Positions 1-12,554 of a stretch of 42,571 nt of DNA are shown piece by piece. The stretch spans positions 310,001 to 352,571 of the forward strand of contig JBEWZL010000257.1 of the NCBI GenBank assembly GCA_045837725.1, given 5' to 3'. Positions within the stretch are counted from its first letter, which is position 1. Each line of letters begins with the position of its first letter. The position numbers and the translations under genes were made by a program. The stretch comes from Vermamoeba vermiformis. Lineage: Eukaryota. Below the pieces are notes generated by a model. The model made no database searches and was not told where the DNA came from. It worked only from the letters and a program-made list of their open reading frames with translations.

Positions 1-208
1 CAATAGGCATTGAGACTTGCAATTTAAAGTAAAGAAAAGAATACCGACATAACTCTTCTTTCAATGGGCAACGTACAACAACAATTGTAAGTAACGGATT
101 TAGATCTAACTTTCAACAATCTATACTTTGTCAACGAAAATTTAGGAATATTGACTATAATAATTAGCCCTTATTATGACATTATTTGTAGTAATTTTTA
201 ATTCTTAG

Positions 209-1033
209 TTCAAATTTCGTGGGCAATTCACCCTTGCGCTTTATGAACGAAGACACATTCCTTGTCATGCTTAAACACCTTGCAGTAAGCGATTATGTAC
301 ACTTGACTATATTGTGTCGCAATTTCAATCAGCTCTTTGGCTCGGTAAGCAAGATTCAGAAAAAATTTTAGATCGAAAACTCATCCCTGTACAATTCCAG
401 AATAACTTTCTTTGGGCTCAAATGTGCGAAATTCTAGCTAGTAAGCGACGGCCTGCCGAAACATTCTCTCCTTCTGATGATATTTCGCTGGACGAGGAGA
501 TGTACGGTACGGACACAAGCAGCGTGGCTCGCGTCCTCCTTGCCTCGTTCAAAGGCCAAAAACTGATGGTCAATGGCGCACCTTTGAGGCCTAGAGACGA
601 GTTAAATGTGCGCGACAAACACTTGGTGAGCCAGTTCAATTTCAAAGAGGCCATCAAGAAGTACTACATCCACTACATTCAGCGTATGGCCTTGCAAACA
701 ATGTGCTTTCGCTACACGTCAGGCACTAGCGCCACATCTTCAATAGAGGTCAGAGCATACGACGGCAAATTCAAAGACGTGTGGGCTAAGGCAGATCTGA
801 AGAAACACAAGTGCGCGCAAGACGTTTATTATTACGTCGACTTTGGGTGCAGTCCACAGAAACTCGAAAAAATGCAACAAGATAGCGTGGCAACGCCATT
901 GTACAGCGAACTCGGTGGCCGCTTAGTCGTCTATCAAATATCGGTTGTGGAGCCACGTAAGCGAGGCTACATTTCGCGAATGCCTGCACGACCAGTGAAG
1001 CGAATGCCACATATTGAAATTAAGAAAAAATAA
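209..1033 (+). CDS. Hypothetical protein, 3' exons (5' end unresolved, may lie outside the window)
   Basis: Long terminal exon 401-1033 after ttccag acceptor; short upstream exons with gtaag donors (~209-285); basic C-terminus; no family recognised. Confidence 0.5.
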
Positions 1034-1173
1034 GTGCTCTGTGTTGTTTTTGGTGGATAAGAGCACTGTGTACCGGTATTACGTTTGTAAATTTATGTAG
1101 ATCTAGGTTTTATAAACTTTATTTTTTTGATTCCCCTTTTTAGCACGTTACAGTTTATTTGTTTGATTTGATT

Positions 1174-3341
1174 ATGTCTGAAAGGCGGCCTCTGCTTATT
1201 AACATGGCTCATCCACAACATAATCACCACCATCAAAATGTAAGTGCGATCGAGGATCTCGATCCGTTTAAAATTAAAAAGATTTTGTATATTAATTTAG
1301 TGCTAATTATTTATTATAGACACATATTACCGAGCATCATTTTGGTGCGCATGCTTTGGTTAAATATAACATCGACGACAGTTCGCGATCTCGTTTCTAT
1401 GGATTAATCAGTAAGTTAAAACACTATCATCGCAATAATAATATTAAAAATATGGTAATGACGCTAGGCGTATTTTAATAAATTTATTTTTAATTTGCCG
1501 CCATTTATTTTAGAGATCCCTCGGTTGCGACAGTATTACGTTTACGATCCTAATTTGAAGAAAGAAGTGCTCATTAGAGAGAAAGACGTACGCAAGGTTT
1601 CGTGGACAGAACTGTTTTATGATTTGATTTACGTGGTCTTGGTCGATCACTTAGGTAAGACATCCAAAAAACAGCGCGTTGCACGGAATAGTCTAATAAT
1701 TACCTCAATATTATATTAGTCCACTTTTTGAGTGAGCACGCTGACAAATCACACATTTTCGTGCTTCTGTTTGCTTCGATCTACCGTGTTTGGTCCGCAA
1801 CAACGATGTACAGCACTCGCTACGATACCGATGACTTTGTAAGCAATATTATAGCATAGTATACCGACTACTATATTAATATACGATTATCTGATCAATC
1901 AAAATAATTACTAAATTTCTAACACAAACGAAATCCAGATCCACAAAATCTATTATTTGATTCAAATGTCAGCAGTCGTATGTATGGGTATCAATCTCGA
2001 AAACGCAACAGAAGAGCCGTCAATGGGCTTTACAGTCTCTTATCTCGTGGCTAAGGGCACTCTCGTTGTGATGTACGTGTACACCGTGTTCAGTGAAAAG
2101 AAATATCACAATGCATTGGTACGCACACTATAGTACTCTATATACGAATACATCTAACTATCATCGTAGTTCTGGGCGATTTACGTCGCGGTGTTTTTGA
2201 TCCCGTGGTGCTTCGCGTTGATTTTCCCGGAATGGGGCTATGTCTGCTGGCTGATTGGTCTGGCCGGGGAAGAACTGTTCATTCTCGTCGCTGTGTCTTT
2301 GCGGAAATTTGCAGCCCCGCTCAACATTGAACACTACATTGAGCGTATGGGTCTGTTCGTCATGTTGTTGCTCGGCTTGATTGTCGTCGCATTGCTCGGG
2401 GCCTCTGAAAATCACGAAATCTACGGCTACTTGTACGTCATTCGTCATATTTGATTATAGGCCATAATTAACTATGACGCTAGGGCCGCATTGATTCCGC
2501 TCTTCTTGGCCTTCGCGCTGAAGTGGACTTACTTCGACATTGAAGGCGCGCCCAAGAGAATGCACGCTATTCGTCGCAACAGCTACCTCGGTGTGCTGTG
2601 GGGATTTTTGCACATTCCTCTGCTCGTAGGCATTTGCTTCACTGCTGCTGGATTGTTGTCTATTGAGGTAAGTATCACATGTGTTATTCGTTCAGTGAAC
2701 GGAGAGATGGATATTTCGTGCTGAAAATGACACATGTCACGATATTTTTCACGTGTTATTTTGACATTTCATTGACACTTTGTACAGCACACAGTTGAAG
2801 AGCATCACGACGAGTACCCCAAATACTACGCACAATGGATGGTCTCGTCGGGCGTGGGCACTGTGTTGATCTGCATGGGTCTCATGGGATTCTTGTCGCG
2901 CAGTTACTGCAACTTCGTCATTTCAGTCAACATTCGCTTGCCTCTGCGCATAGCTGTGGGCATTGCGTGCATCTTGTTCGGTCTCACTTACGAAATGTAC
3001 GTAGAATCATTTTACGTGTTGCGCGGATCTAACATTCAAACCTAGGGAAAACACGGTGCAATATCTTGCTATTATCGGCTCAGTAGTGTTTGCCTTTGCT
3101 ATTATTGAACTGTAAGTGCCAGTCTGATAGTCATATAAGGACTATGATTGATATTAATGTCCTCTGTAGTATTGGCTCGGTGCAAAAAGAGACGTGCATA
3201 ACGCAACTGCAGTACGTGAATTTGCAGCCCGAAGAGACCAAAATGATCAATTCGACCTTCCAAAACCTTGGCGGCAACATCGCTAATTTTATGGGCAGTG
3301 CTTCGACGGATCCAGCTGGTGACAGGGACGACCAGGTCTAG
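1174..3341 (+). CDS. Low temperature requirement protein A (LtrA)-family multi-pass membrane protein, multi-exon
   Basis: Spliced exons give RKVSWTELFYDLIYV, YSTRYDTDD and HYIERMGLFVMLLLG, characteristic LtrA motifs; many hydrophobic helices; His-rich N-terminus. Confidence 0.85.
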
Positions 3342-3470
3342 ATCGGAGTTAAAACCGGTAACTTTTTTGTACATAATAATAATCGCTATTAAAGCGACTT
3401 AGCGAACCACGAAAGGATCTTATCCGACAATTGAATTTTTTTTATTCAAGCCACGAACAATTCAATAGTA

Positions 3471-4940
3471 TTATGACTGCTGAGTCGCTTTATCTTGCTC
3501 CGCTACGTCAATTGGATGCGGCGGAATTTTGATGGCTTTTTGTTTCTCGTACAATCTGTCGATGACGTACTCTTTCCACTTCTTATGATCCAATTGCGAG
3601 AAGTCGTCTTCGTACTTGGCAATCATGAGCAGATATTGCGTCAAGTAGAACAGTTCTTTGTCTTCTTCGTTCGTTGCGTCTTTGTACGGCTCGATCAACA
3701 AACCGTTGCTCGGATTCAGTTGGAAATTTGTAGCTTTATCGTCAATCTACATTTGAATGTGTAAATATATAGCTATTTATCCATATTAATATTATTTTTA
3801 CTTACGTGGATGGTATTGTGAGGTCCGTAGCCTTCAAACTTCTTCCAAATGATTTTCAAAGGCTTAGCGCGTTCAGTAACAATTTTATCTTCAATTTTCT
3901 TAGAAATATGGATCATATGCGACCTATTAAGGGCTAATAAGGCGTTGTATTAGTTTCAAGACACGTTGTAGATCCGGATTTACGTACACAAGCAGATCTT
4001 GTATTTCTCGTGCGATAGTACTCCCATATTCTCTAATTTCTTTTCAATAGCCTCTTGTGATGTTGCGGAGAATATAACAAAGTCATAGTGGTCGTACAAA
4101 GTCATCTGAAATAAGTGGATGCGTTAAGAAATCGCGTAGCGAAAATAAATCAATTCGTAATTACCAAAAATTCATGTAGATAAGGTCTAGCATATTCTAT
4201 AAATAATATGTTAGTAATGACATTATTATTAGATTGTTTTCGTACCATCTTGATGTTTTGGATCTTTAATGCCATGCTGATCGAAGATAGTGTAGTCAAT
4301 ATCCAGCACTAAGCATCGTTTGTCTTGCGATGGCTGATTTAATTCGACCACTTCGTTCTAATGCAATATTATAGCGTTAGCAACAAAGATTACAAATCGA
4401 GAATCTGATCGCAACACGTACATCCAATACTTTTTGAACCTTAGCTCGAATCGTCTCTTCAGTATCTTCCTCCTCCATAGTCATATCAGCTGGTTCTTCT
4501 ATTATACGCGTATCTTTCTCAGGTTCTCGCTGGTCTTTCGTCGCTCCTACATCTTCAGCGCGATGTTCTTGATCTTCCTCGCGCAATTTCTTTTCGACTT
4601 TAGAACCCTCATCAGTGCGACTCCTCTTCTTACTAGGTACATCGAGGTCCATCATATCTTCACTGCGAGCTCGTTTTGCGGTTTGATCGTCTTTACCTTC
4701 TTCATGCTCTTTTTTATCTCGCTTGATTATTTCGTCCTGAGCACAATATATTAGTATGCAATTATAAAATCATAATAAATCGGATGTATCGCTAAATGAG
4801 CATTGTCAGTTCCCTAATTACCTTACGTAGCGGATCGTATCTCTCTTGGACGCTCATTATGTCGTCGATAGTCGTGTGGTGTTGCCGTAGGTACGTTTAA
4901 AATAGTGGCAATAAAAGGACAGTAACGTGAGGAAAGATGC
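3471..4940 (-). CDS. HAD subfamily IIID / FCP1-like phosphatase, UBLCP1-like catalytic domain (5' end uncertain)
   Basis: Spliced LVLDIDYTIFD (DxDxT), RPYLHEFL, YDFVIFSATS, KPLKIIWKKF, IDDKATNFQLNPSNGLLIEPYK, DKELFYLTQYL; charged N-terminal region instead of a ubiquitin-like domain. Confidence 0.85.
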
Positions 4941-5299
4941 TGGGCGCAAATACAAAAGAAATTTGCAAGGAAATTCAAAATTAAATTTTAAAAATATTAT
5001 TTCAGCTTGTTGAGGCAATTTCTCTTTGCTTACAGGCTAATCGATGCATAATTAAAATAATAAAAATTAATATAACTGAAATACAGGACATTGGAATTAA
5101 TTTAGAACGGATGGGATAAAATTTTGTCTTACAATTGCATCCTACACTATATTTTTGCCATCTTCCGAAATAAATTAATATTTTCTTCCCATTTGTGTTG
5201 CTTTTCAAGGCCGTATCAATTACTAACAGATTTTTCGCGCACTTATTTTTATTTGACCGTTGCAAGCAGCAACAACTACGCTATTAAACTCCGCTAGTG

Positions 5300-5920
5300 T
5301 TACTTAAGGACATACATATTGTCACCAGGCATAGTACCGACAGTAAAATCGAAAATAAAACCACCATCAATGAGAGGAAGCAAAAATTGTTTGAATGCGT
5401 CGTGCTGAGGGTCGAAGGGACTGAAGAACGGTCGACCAACGTAGTAATTGCGATCAGATACATTACTGAAGGTAACAATATAACCCTGCATTTACGGTTA
5501 GCGATCTGATCGAAAAAATACCAAAGCAATAATTTTAAATATTCCAGATAATCGTTTAAAATAATCGTTAAGGCAAATATATACCTGAGTCATTTTTTGA
5601 TCGAGTCCTTCGGGGCTATTAGCAACTCCAGCGACTAACGACAAGATGTAGGGTTTGCCAGTGTTGGGATTGACGCACAAGTGTTTTAACGCCAAGAATC
5701 GCTTCATTACCTCGCGTTGTACATCTTCTGTCGTATTTGCAGGGAAACGAAGGAATACGGTGTGCTAAATCAATTGAAATGTCATTAGATCGCGTAAGTA
5801 AATTTTTCTTTGCATTAGATCTGATGGTAATACGCTTACCTTAATCAAACCGTCTTCGCTTTGAGCTTTAATTACGGTAACTGCCGCTAATACACAAATC
5901 AAAAAGACTACAAACTTCAT
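5300..5920 (-). CDS. Secreted stress-responsive A/B barrel (Dabb) protein, copy 1, 3 exons
   Basis: Signal peptide MKFVVFLICVLAAVTVIKA; HTVFLRF, GKPYILSLVAGVANSPEG, GYIVTFSNVSDRNYYV, DPQHDAFK, FDF motifs. Confidence 0.85.
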
Positions 5921-6275
5921 TTGCTAACGAATGATGTCGATCGGATCTGTTGCTTACGATGGACCACAATAATATCTTTTAACGCTATTTATATTTTTGT
6001 TCTGCGAATAGCGCACGGAATGTTCGGTATAAAAGTCATGTGTCAAGATCGGGACCTGAACTCAATTATTGGTCAGTCGAGTCCTTACAGAGCTACTTTT
6101 CCGCATATCTTTCATTGATAATGATTGCAAGGCAGGATTAGTCCTTATATATTAAAGAAATATAGCACGCTATTTCCGAGGCAAAGGCGTACAAAGCTAT
6201 TGCATTTTTTTATTCTGGCTTACGTGCAGTGAATTATACTACTACAACCTAATATAGTGCACGACTTATTATGTT

Positions 6276-6874
6276 CTATTTATCACCAGGCATAGTACCA
6301 ACAGTAAAATCAAATACGAAGGCACCGCCTGCATCCAGAAGCGGACCAACAAACTTCTTGAATGCGTCGTGGTGAGGGTCGTATGGCTTGAAGAACGGCT
6401 GACCGACGTAGTAATTGCGATCAGATACACTATTGAAGGTAACAATGTAGCCCTAACAGAGAGTCAGATCCGAAAAATATCAAATTAATTTTGTTAAAAT
6501 TACAGAATAGTCCAAAATTAATCTATAATGATGTCAATACCTGGGTCATATTTTGATCAGCTCCTTCGGGACTATTTGCAACTCCAGCAACTAATGACAA
6601 GATGTAGGGCTCACCGGTGTTGGGATCGACGCACAAGTCCTTCAAAGCCAAGAATCGCTTCATTACCTCGCGTTGTACATCTTCTGTCGTGTTAGGCTTG
6701 AAACGGAAGAACACGGTATGCTGAGTTGGTTGAGGTAAGTCAGATCAGCTCGATCGAGAGTATCGTATTGGCGGATCATTTTATCTCGCTTACTTTTACC
6801 AATCCATCTTCGCTTTGAGCCTTAAGCATGGTAATTATCGCTAGTACACAAATTAAAAAGACAAAAAATTTCAT
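6276..6874 (-). CDS. Secreted Dabb protein, copy 2 (tandem paralogue), 3 exons
   Basis: Same intron positions and near-identical exons to 5300-5920. Confidence 0.85.
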
Positions 6875-7183
6875 TCGTTTTCTTTTTGTTGCTTAGCACT
6901 CTCCTTTAGTGGTGTTTTCGATAATTTTTTTCTTCTATTTATTGCTGGTTGCGTAAAATATTATTGTGCAGATAAATGCCTAGAAGGTTCTTTGCTCAAT
7001 TCGTTGAATTGTCACTTAACTTTAAGACCTTACGACCAGCTGGCCGTACATATTGCCCTCTCTTAATATGTCGTGCAATGTGGGTTTATCCCGACAACTG
7101 TTTCTAACGGTTACAAGGAGTAAACTTCCAGCCGTTTTCCGCTGAGTATTTATTTTCATTCTGACAACGAAAGCAACATTAAT

Positions 7184-8662
7184 ATGACGTATTTGGCTTG
7201 GCGTAAGTCATTTTTGATATTTTTGGCATTCCTAGCGACAGTAACTGCGGATGCCTGCCCTACGAACGACGGATCTTGGTCCGAGATAGGTGCGGTTGAA
7301 AATCCTACCGGAACAATTACCTTCGACGACTTGGGCTTTAGTGCCTCTTTAGGCTGGAATTCTGCCGGTGGAAATCCACTTGTAGCGTACCAGGCAGGAG
7401 GCAGGACCGCTTCGATCTCCAGCGCAGGAATGGTCTACAGTGGGTTAAGCGTGACCACAAATAAAAATAAATGGGATGGACAACAAAATTGGTTCGATGG
7501 CGGAGGTATGCCTGGCTATTATTGGGTGATCTTCGACTCCGCTCAAAATTACGGTGAGCTGGTCTTCGACGTTCCCGTGGCAATGGTTAGCGCTAGAAAT
7601 ATGGGGGATGCTAATACATTTGCAACTACTCGTATGGAGGCTTTTGACGAGCAAGACAATTTAATCGGATGCGTTACAAATATTGGTGAAAATAGCGGAA
7701 CGAACGTTTTTATGTATCGTGGCATTAGTACAAGCTCTCCAATTAAGAAAGTTAGATTTTATGCTTCACAATTGCTTGACGACATTTTATTTGGTAGTAA
7801 TGTGCAATTTAAATATTTTATTTTGCTTACAAGTTATTTGTTCAGCGGATGTTGCATGCAACGTCGACTCTTGCTACAATAATTCATGGTGCTTTAATGA
7901 TTCTCCGAATAACGGCTCTGTCTCTTGTGTTTGCAAGAATGGTTACGAATTTGACGGATTTACTTGTGTTGGTAAGTTCAACAAGCACTGCATGAAGAAT
8001 AATAGAATACTGATAATTAATGTCCTTAATATTAGACCTAAACGAATGCAAGTTAAATCCTTGTCCACCCAACGCATTCTGCACCAATCTTGAATACGCG
8101 TACGGCTCATTCAACTGCACGTGCAATGAGGGCTTCACCGGCGATGGTAACACTTGCACTGGTACGTCAGCTATGCTTGTCATACGATATCGTAGTTGTG
8201 CTAAACCTTCTCACTACGGTCAGACATCAACGAGTGCGACAACAATCCGTGCAGTCCACTCGCGAACTGCACCAACACTCCTGGGTCGTTCAACTGCACG
8301 TGCACTGATGGCTACGAAGGTGACGGCCTCACATGCACAGGTAACGTGTCGCTGACTTGACACCAAGCACCACCGTATCGCTGACACAACACTTTGCTCT
8401 CGCAGACAAGAATGAATGTGCCACCAATCCGTGCGATGTGAATGCGAGCTGCACCAACACTGAAGGCTCGTTCACGTGTGCGTGCAATGACGGCTACACT
8501 GGTGATGGCAACACGTGCACTAAGATCGAGGCACCAACTGCTCCAGTGGCAGCTCCTACACGGACACCTATTGGAAGCAAAGTATCCTCAGCGTCGTGTA
8601 TTAACATCGCGATGATGTTTGGAACTATAGCGATACTCATTAATACGGCCCTGTTCATCTGA
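7184..8662 (+). CDS. Secreted/GPI-type surface protein: unknown N-terminal beta-rich domain plus four EGF/EGF-Ca repeats
   Basis: Signal peptide; DxNEC...C.N..GS..C.C..G..GDG..C repeats each on its own exon; Pro/Thr linker and hydrophobic C-terminal tail. Confidence 0.85.
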
Positions 8663-8740
8663 TTGTATAAATGTCTTTCATTCTCTCAAGGGCGCATGTA
8701 ATATGAACACTTTACTATGCTTCATTGAGGGCGTTGCAAT
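8583..8740. repeat. Degenerate direct repeat, copy A (partner 9594-9873)
   Basis: tatcctcagcgtcgtg...atcgcgatgatgtttggaac...gatactcatta and cttcattgagggcgtt are shared with 9594-9873. Confidence 0.8.
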
Positions 8741-8857
8741 TAAAATATTCAAAATTGCATTAGATTTGAAAGCGGAATCTTTACGGTACGAATAATAGAT
8801 CGGTTAGTAGTAAAAAATTAGTTTATTTTTTTTTATTTATTTATTTACAAAGCGAGT

Positions 8858-9253
8858 TTAACGATCCGGTGGACATCCGCACATCGGATATTGAATGGTA
8901 GCCAATAATGGAGGTGAGTCGCTCAGCAAACTAATTGACTGGCAGTTTTTGTAGCAACCACCAAAAGGCGCATCGTCCCATCTGAAGCTAAATCCTTGGC
9001 GAGTGATGAGTTCAGTCAAGCGACCGTCGTAGTAGTCAACGCCATCATTATAGGTAGCGGCGAACTTCACGTATCCTTCGTCATCCGTGTGAATAATTTT
9101 TATCAGATTCGAATCCGTTGTAGGAAATGTGATTGTAATGTTGTACCAGCCTTTGCCCATCTGAGTGCTGGCGAAAATGGGATCGCGATCGCAACTGACC
9201 AATATTATGGAAGCGAATACTGCTAGTACTAAAATAAATAGCTTCGTCGTCAT
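8858..9253 (-). CDS. Small secreted protein (131 aa, intronless), unknown family
   Basis: ATG at 9253 gives MTTKLFILVLAVFASIILVSC signal peptide; open to stop at 8858; four C-terminal Cys. Confidence 0.7.
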   Translation of the reverse strand: MTTKLFILVLAVFASIILVSCDRDPIFASTQMGKGWYNITITFPTTDSNLIKIIHTDDEGYVKFAATYNDGVDYYDGRLTELITRQGFSFRWDDAPFGGCYKNCQSISLLSDSPPLLATIQYPMCGCPPDR

Positions 9254-9593
9254 CTTCGTATGTAACGTAATTATAAAACGTTGAATAATCGTTGTCTTGG
9301 TCGCGACTTTATTTAAAGCTAGGTACACGTGGCTTCGTGAAGAAAAAATGTACCAAAAATAGTTTACTCGAAGGTTCTGGTAACGGTAGAAAATTCGCTT
9401 GCAGTTTTCCTCAACTCCATTTTTTGGGCATCCGACAGGAAACAAATTTAGCTGGCATGGTAATTTATACATACATATTTATTTATTTATTGCCAAATGA
9501 AGCGCTGTCATGCGCGTTGCTCAACCTGACATTAAAAGATCTGCTAAGTTGCAGTCAGTACATTATTCAAGAGGCTAACAAATCAACGGAAAT

Positions 9594-9873
9594 TATCCTC
9601 AGCGTCGTGCCTTAATATCGCGATGATGTTTGGAACAATGACGATACTCATTATTACGGTCTGTTCGTCGTATTGTAAATGTCTGTCACATCCGTGTCTC
9701 TAATTAACCAACGGCGCACATATTCGAAGTAATACGAACACATATTACTATGAACATATATTTACTCTTGCGACAGTTCGACCATCGGAACAGCTTGCGC
9801 GCCAGTGATGGAAGAAGTCTTGGGTGTTTCAGGCGTAGCATTGCTCTTCGGCTTCATTGAGGGCGTTACAAAT
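9594..9873. repeat. Degenerate direct repeat, copy B (partner 8583-8740)
   Basis: Matches 8583-8740 with about 100 extra bases that belong to the 3' end of the 7TM gene. Confidence 0.75.
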
Positions 9874-11758
9874 GCGAGTACTTTGATCAAACTGACGGTA
9901 ATCATCACCAAAAAGAATAAGAAGTTGAATACGAAGTACGGCCAGGGTATGAAGTACACCGGCGTAAATAGCATGATGAGCAGCACGCAGTAAACTAGTT
10001 CGAAACTCGCGCTGATCATGAGCTGTTGGACTGCCTAAACAATACAATTATGAATTAATTTCTTGGAATAATTATTAAATAATTGAATAATTAATTCTTT
10101 ACCTTGAATTTGCTTGAATTATTCATCACTCGTTCAACGTCTTTGTTTCTTAGCGTCGCCATAATCGTGCGTCCGTAGTGTAAGAAGAATATAGACGTCA
10201 ATAATGAACTAACTACGTATAGTACTGAGCCAAGGGCAGCAAACAAAGTGACGGGTCCGATCGCGAGTCCGCGCAGCACAGCAGCGACAATTTCGATCGT
10301 GAATTGGATGACGACGAGCACTATGAATGGTACCTTCATCTTGGACAAGAAGGTAATGACTCTCGTTTGCTTCGACGATAGCAGCTCCTTCCTGAATGAT
10401 TCAAAAATTAGCGAATCCGGTTCGCATCGAGTAAAGGTTGGCTAAGTACCAGTATAATGTTATCAATAACGACGTGATTGCTACGACTGGCCATGATATC
10501 GTAAATAAAATATTCTGTGGCACGTTCGAGAAAATACGTTGTGCATAGAGCGGATCTACTGCGGCCCAAATTCCTCTTTCTATGCCAGAGTAAGAGCATT
10601 AATATACGACCGACTATATATGAGTATATATCCTGTTACCTAAATTTGCAAATAACTCGATCCACAGAACGATTTGTGGGATGGATGCGGTTGGTCCGGA
10701 ATGACGAAGAAACATCTGAATAGAGTGTCAAAAGCGCTTATATAAATTATATTATACCTACAACTAACTTATACATCGCTAGTCCTGCGACAGCGAATGC
10801 ATAGCCACCAACTACAACGCTAAACGGAATCATTACTTTTGCGTCGTAAAGCTCAGCCCAAGCATTTGGATCTGCTCATCAAATAAGCATTTAACTCAAC
10901 AAATATCATATATTGATATCTTCATACCATTCCATCCTATTTCAATTATTACAGTACGATTAGGAGCGTCGCTAGCGAGGTAGTCTCGGATCGGCTTGAT
11001 TTCTCTGAAAGACGAGTCCCAAACAGGTATTTTGATGTCAGAACGGTCTGTGCCGTCAAAAGTATACTCAATGGCACCAGCTACCGCTATAAATAATAAT
11101 ACGTCACATGTTAGAAGGAGATTGGAATAATGTGATGCACAAATCATTTTGACGTAAACGTGTGTAGTATACGCGAGTTAGGTATCAACTTACGGGAGGC
11201 AATTGTGCAACTGATCCAACCACTAATTCCTGGAAAATTATTCAAGCCGCGGCGAATAATCGTTTCAATGCTGGCGTGATCCGGATTAGACAAAGAATGT
11301 AAACTTGGGACGCATATTATTGCGATTATAAGCGAAATCATACCTGCCCGTCTCATCTTCAATGCAGCCGAGCATTATTGTGCCTTCATATGGCCCACTT
11401 GCGGCAAAACTGCCGGTCAAGCGCATAATCAACGGCCTATCTTGTGATCTAAACGCAATCTTCAATTATTATTTTATAAGTATAATATATTATTCTTATT
11501 TATGTTTGAGTAAATACGATTGATAATTAACGAATTCTTTCGGATCGCGATTTTGATTTTGATTTTTAAAAGTCACGTAATTGATTTTTTGCTTGAAAAT
11601 AATATTAATAATACTTACGTATTAGTAGGATAAGACCGTAGCCATGGACTGTTGTAATAGCCCGAGAGTTCCGGCGGATAGAGCACAACGAATGCGCAGC
11701 ACTGCTGGATCAACACTACACTCGCCGCGAACAATAAAGGAATGACGTAAGCTCCCAT
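9762..11758 (-). CDS. Signal peptide + PA-like ectodomain + ~7 TM receptor-like membrane protein, multi-exon
   Basis: First exon MGAYVIPLLFAASVVLIQQCCA (ATG 11758); in-phase exons through DGTDRSDIKIPVW; successive hydrophobic helices to stop at 9762. Confidence 0.65.
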
Positions 11759-12554
11759 TTGAACGACTAGATGTGGTATATATATATGCGCCCGTGTGCT
11801 AGTTAAACCTCACATGATTCTTCGTGACAAAAGTCGACAGCAGACGCACGTGCACAAAATATACCGCGCAAGGCTGATTGAATTATTCTGTGGCATTAAA
11901 TTAATTGTTAGCACGGCTAATTAAATATTAATACTATTAACTACGTGATTGAAGATCAAGTTACAAAACAGAAAAATTATCTTATAGTGCATGAATACGT
12001 TGCGTATTGATATTAAATACGAAAAGGTAATTAATATTAATCACACTAGTATTATTATTCTAACTCCGTACCGGATTCAGTGCGTGCAAGAGCGGCTTTG
12101 GTGCGAAGTGTTGGCTTCATAAACAAATATTTGACTTGCGCAATCCATGGTACATTCAATAGGCCTCAGCTAGCACGTAAGTTGATACTAATTATTGGCA
12201 GATATTTAAAAGTAAAAGCCGCCAGAATTTGGATTTAGCTAAAAAGATATTATTAGTATTTTAAATTAGGCAAAAATTAATTAAAATTAACTACCAGAGT
12301 ATATACTATTAATGGTACTATAGTCCTTAATTTTTCACTTGGGAAGGTTCATCTGGTCCAGCGGACAGACCTAATTTGCGCCGGGAACGTAGTCCTGCCT
12401 CGTTGACAGGACGAATATGGTACCTGATAGGAATAGCTAGCTAAAGACTCACATATCTGGCCTGTATCTCGCAAGCATGAGAAGTAAGGATTGAAAATTT
12501 AATTTTTTATAATTTTTTTTTAACCGTTAACACAAGCACAGTTAATTTTCAAAC

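Noticed and set aside
11144-11362. Separate gene starting MKMRRAG
   Set aside because: Reads through an intron; the segment is internal exons of the 9762-11758 gene
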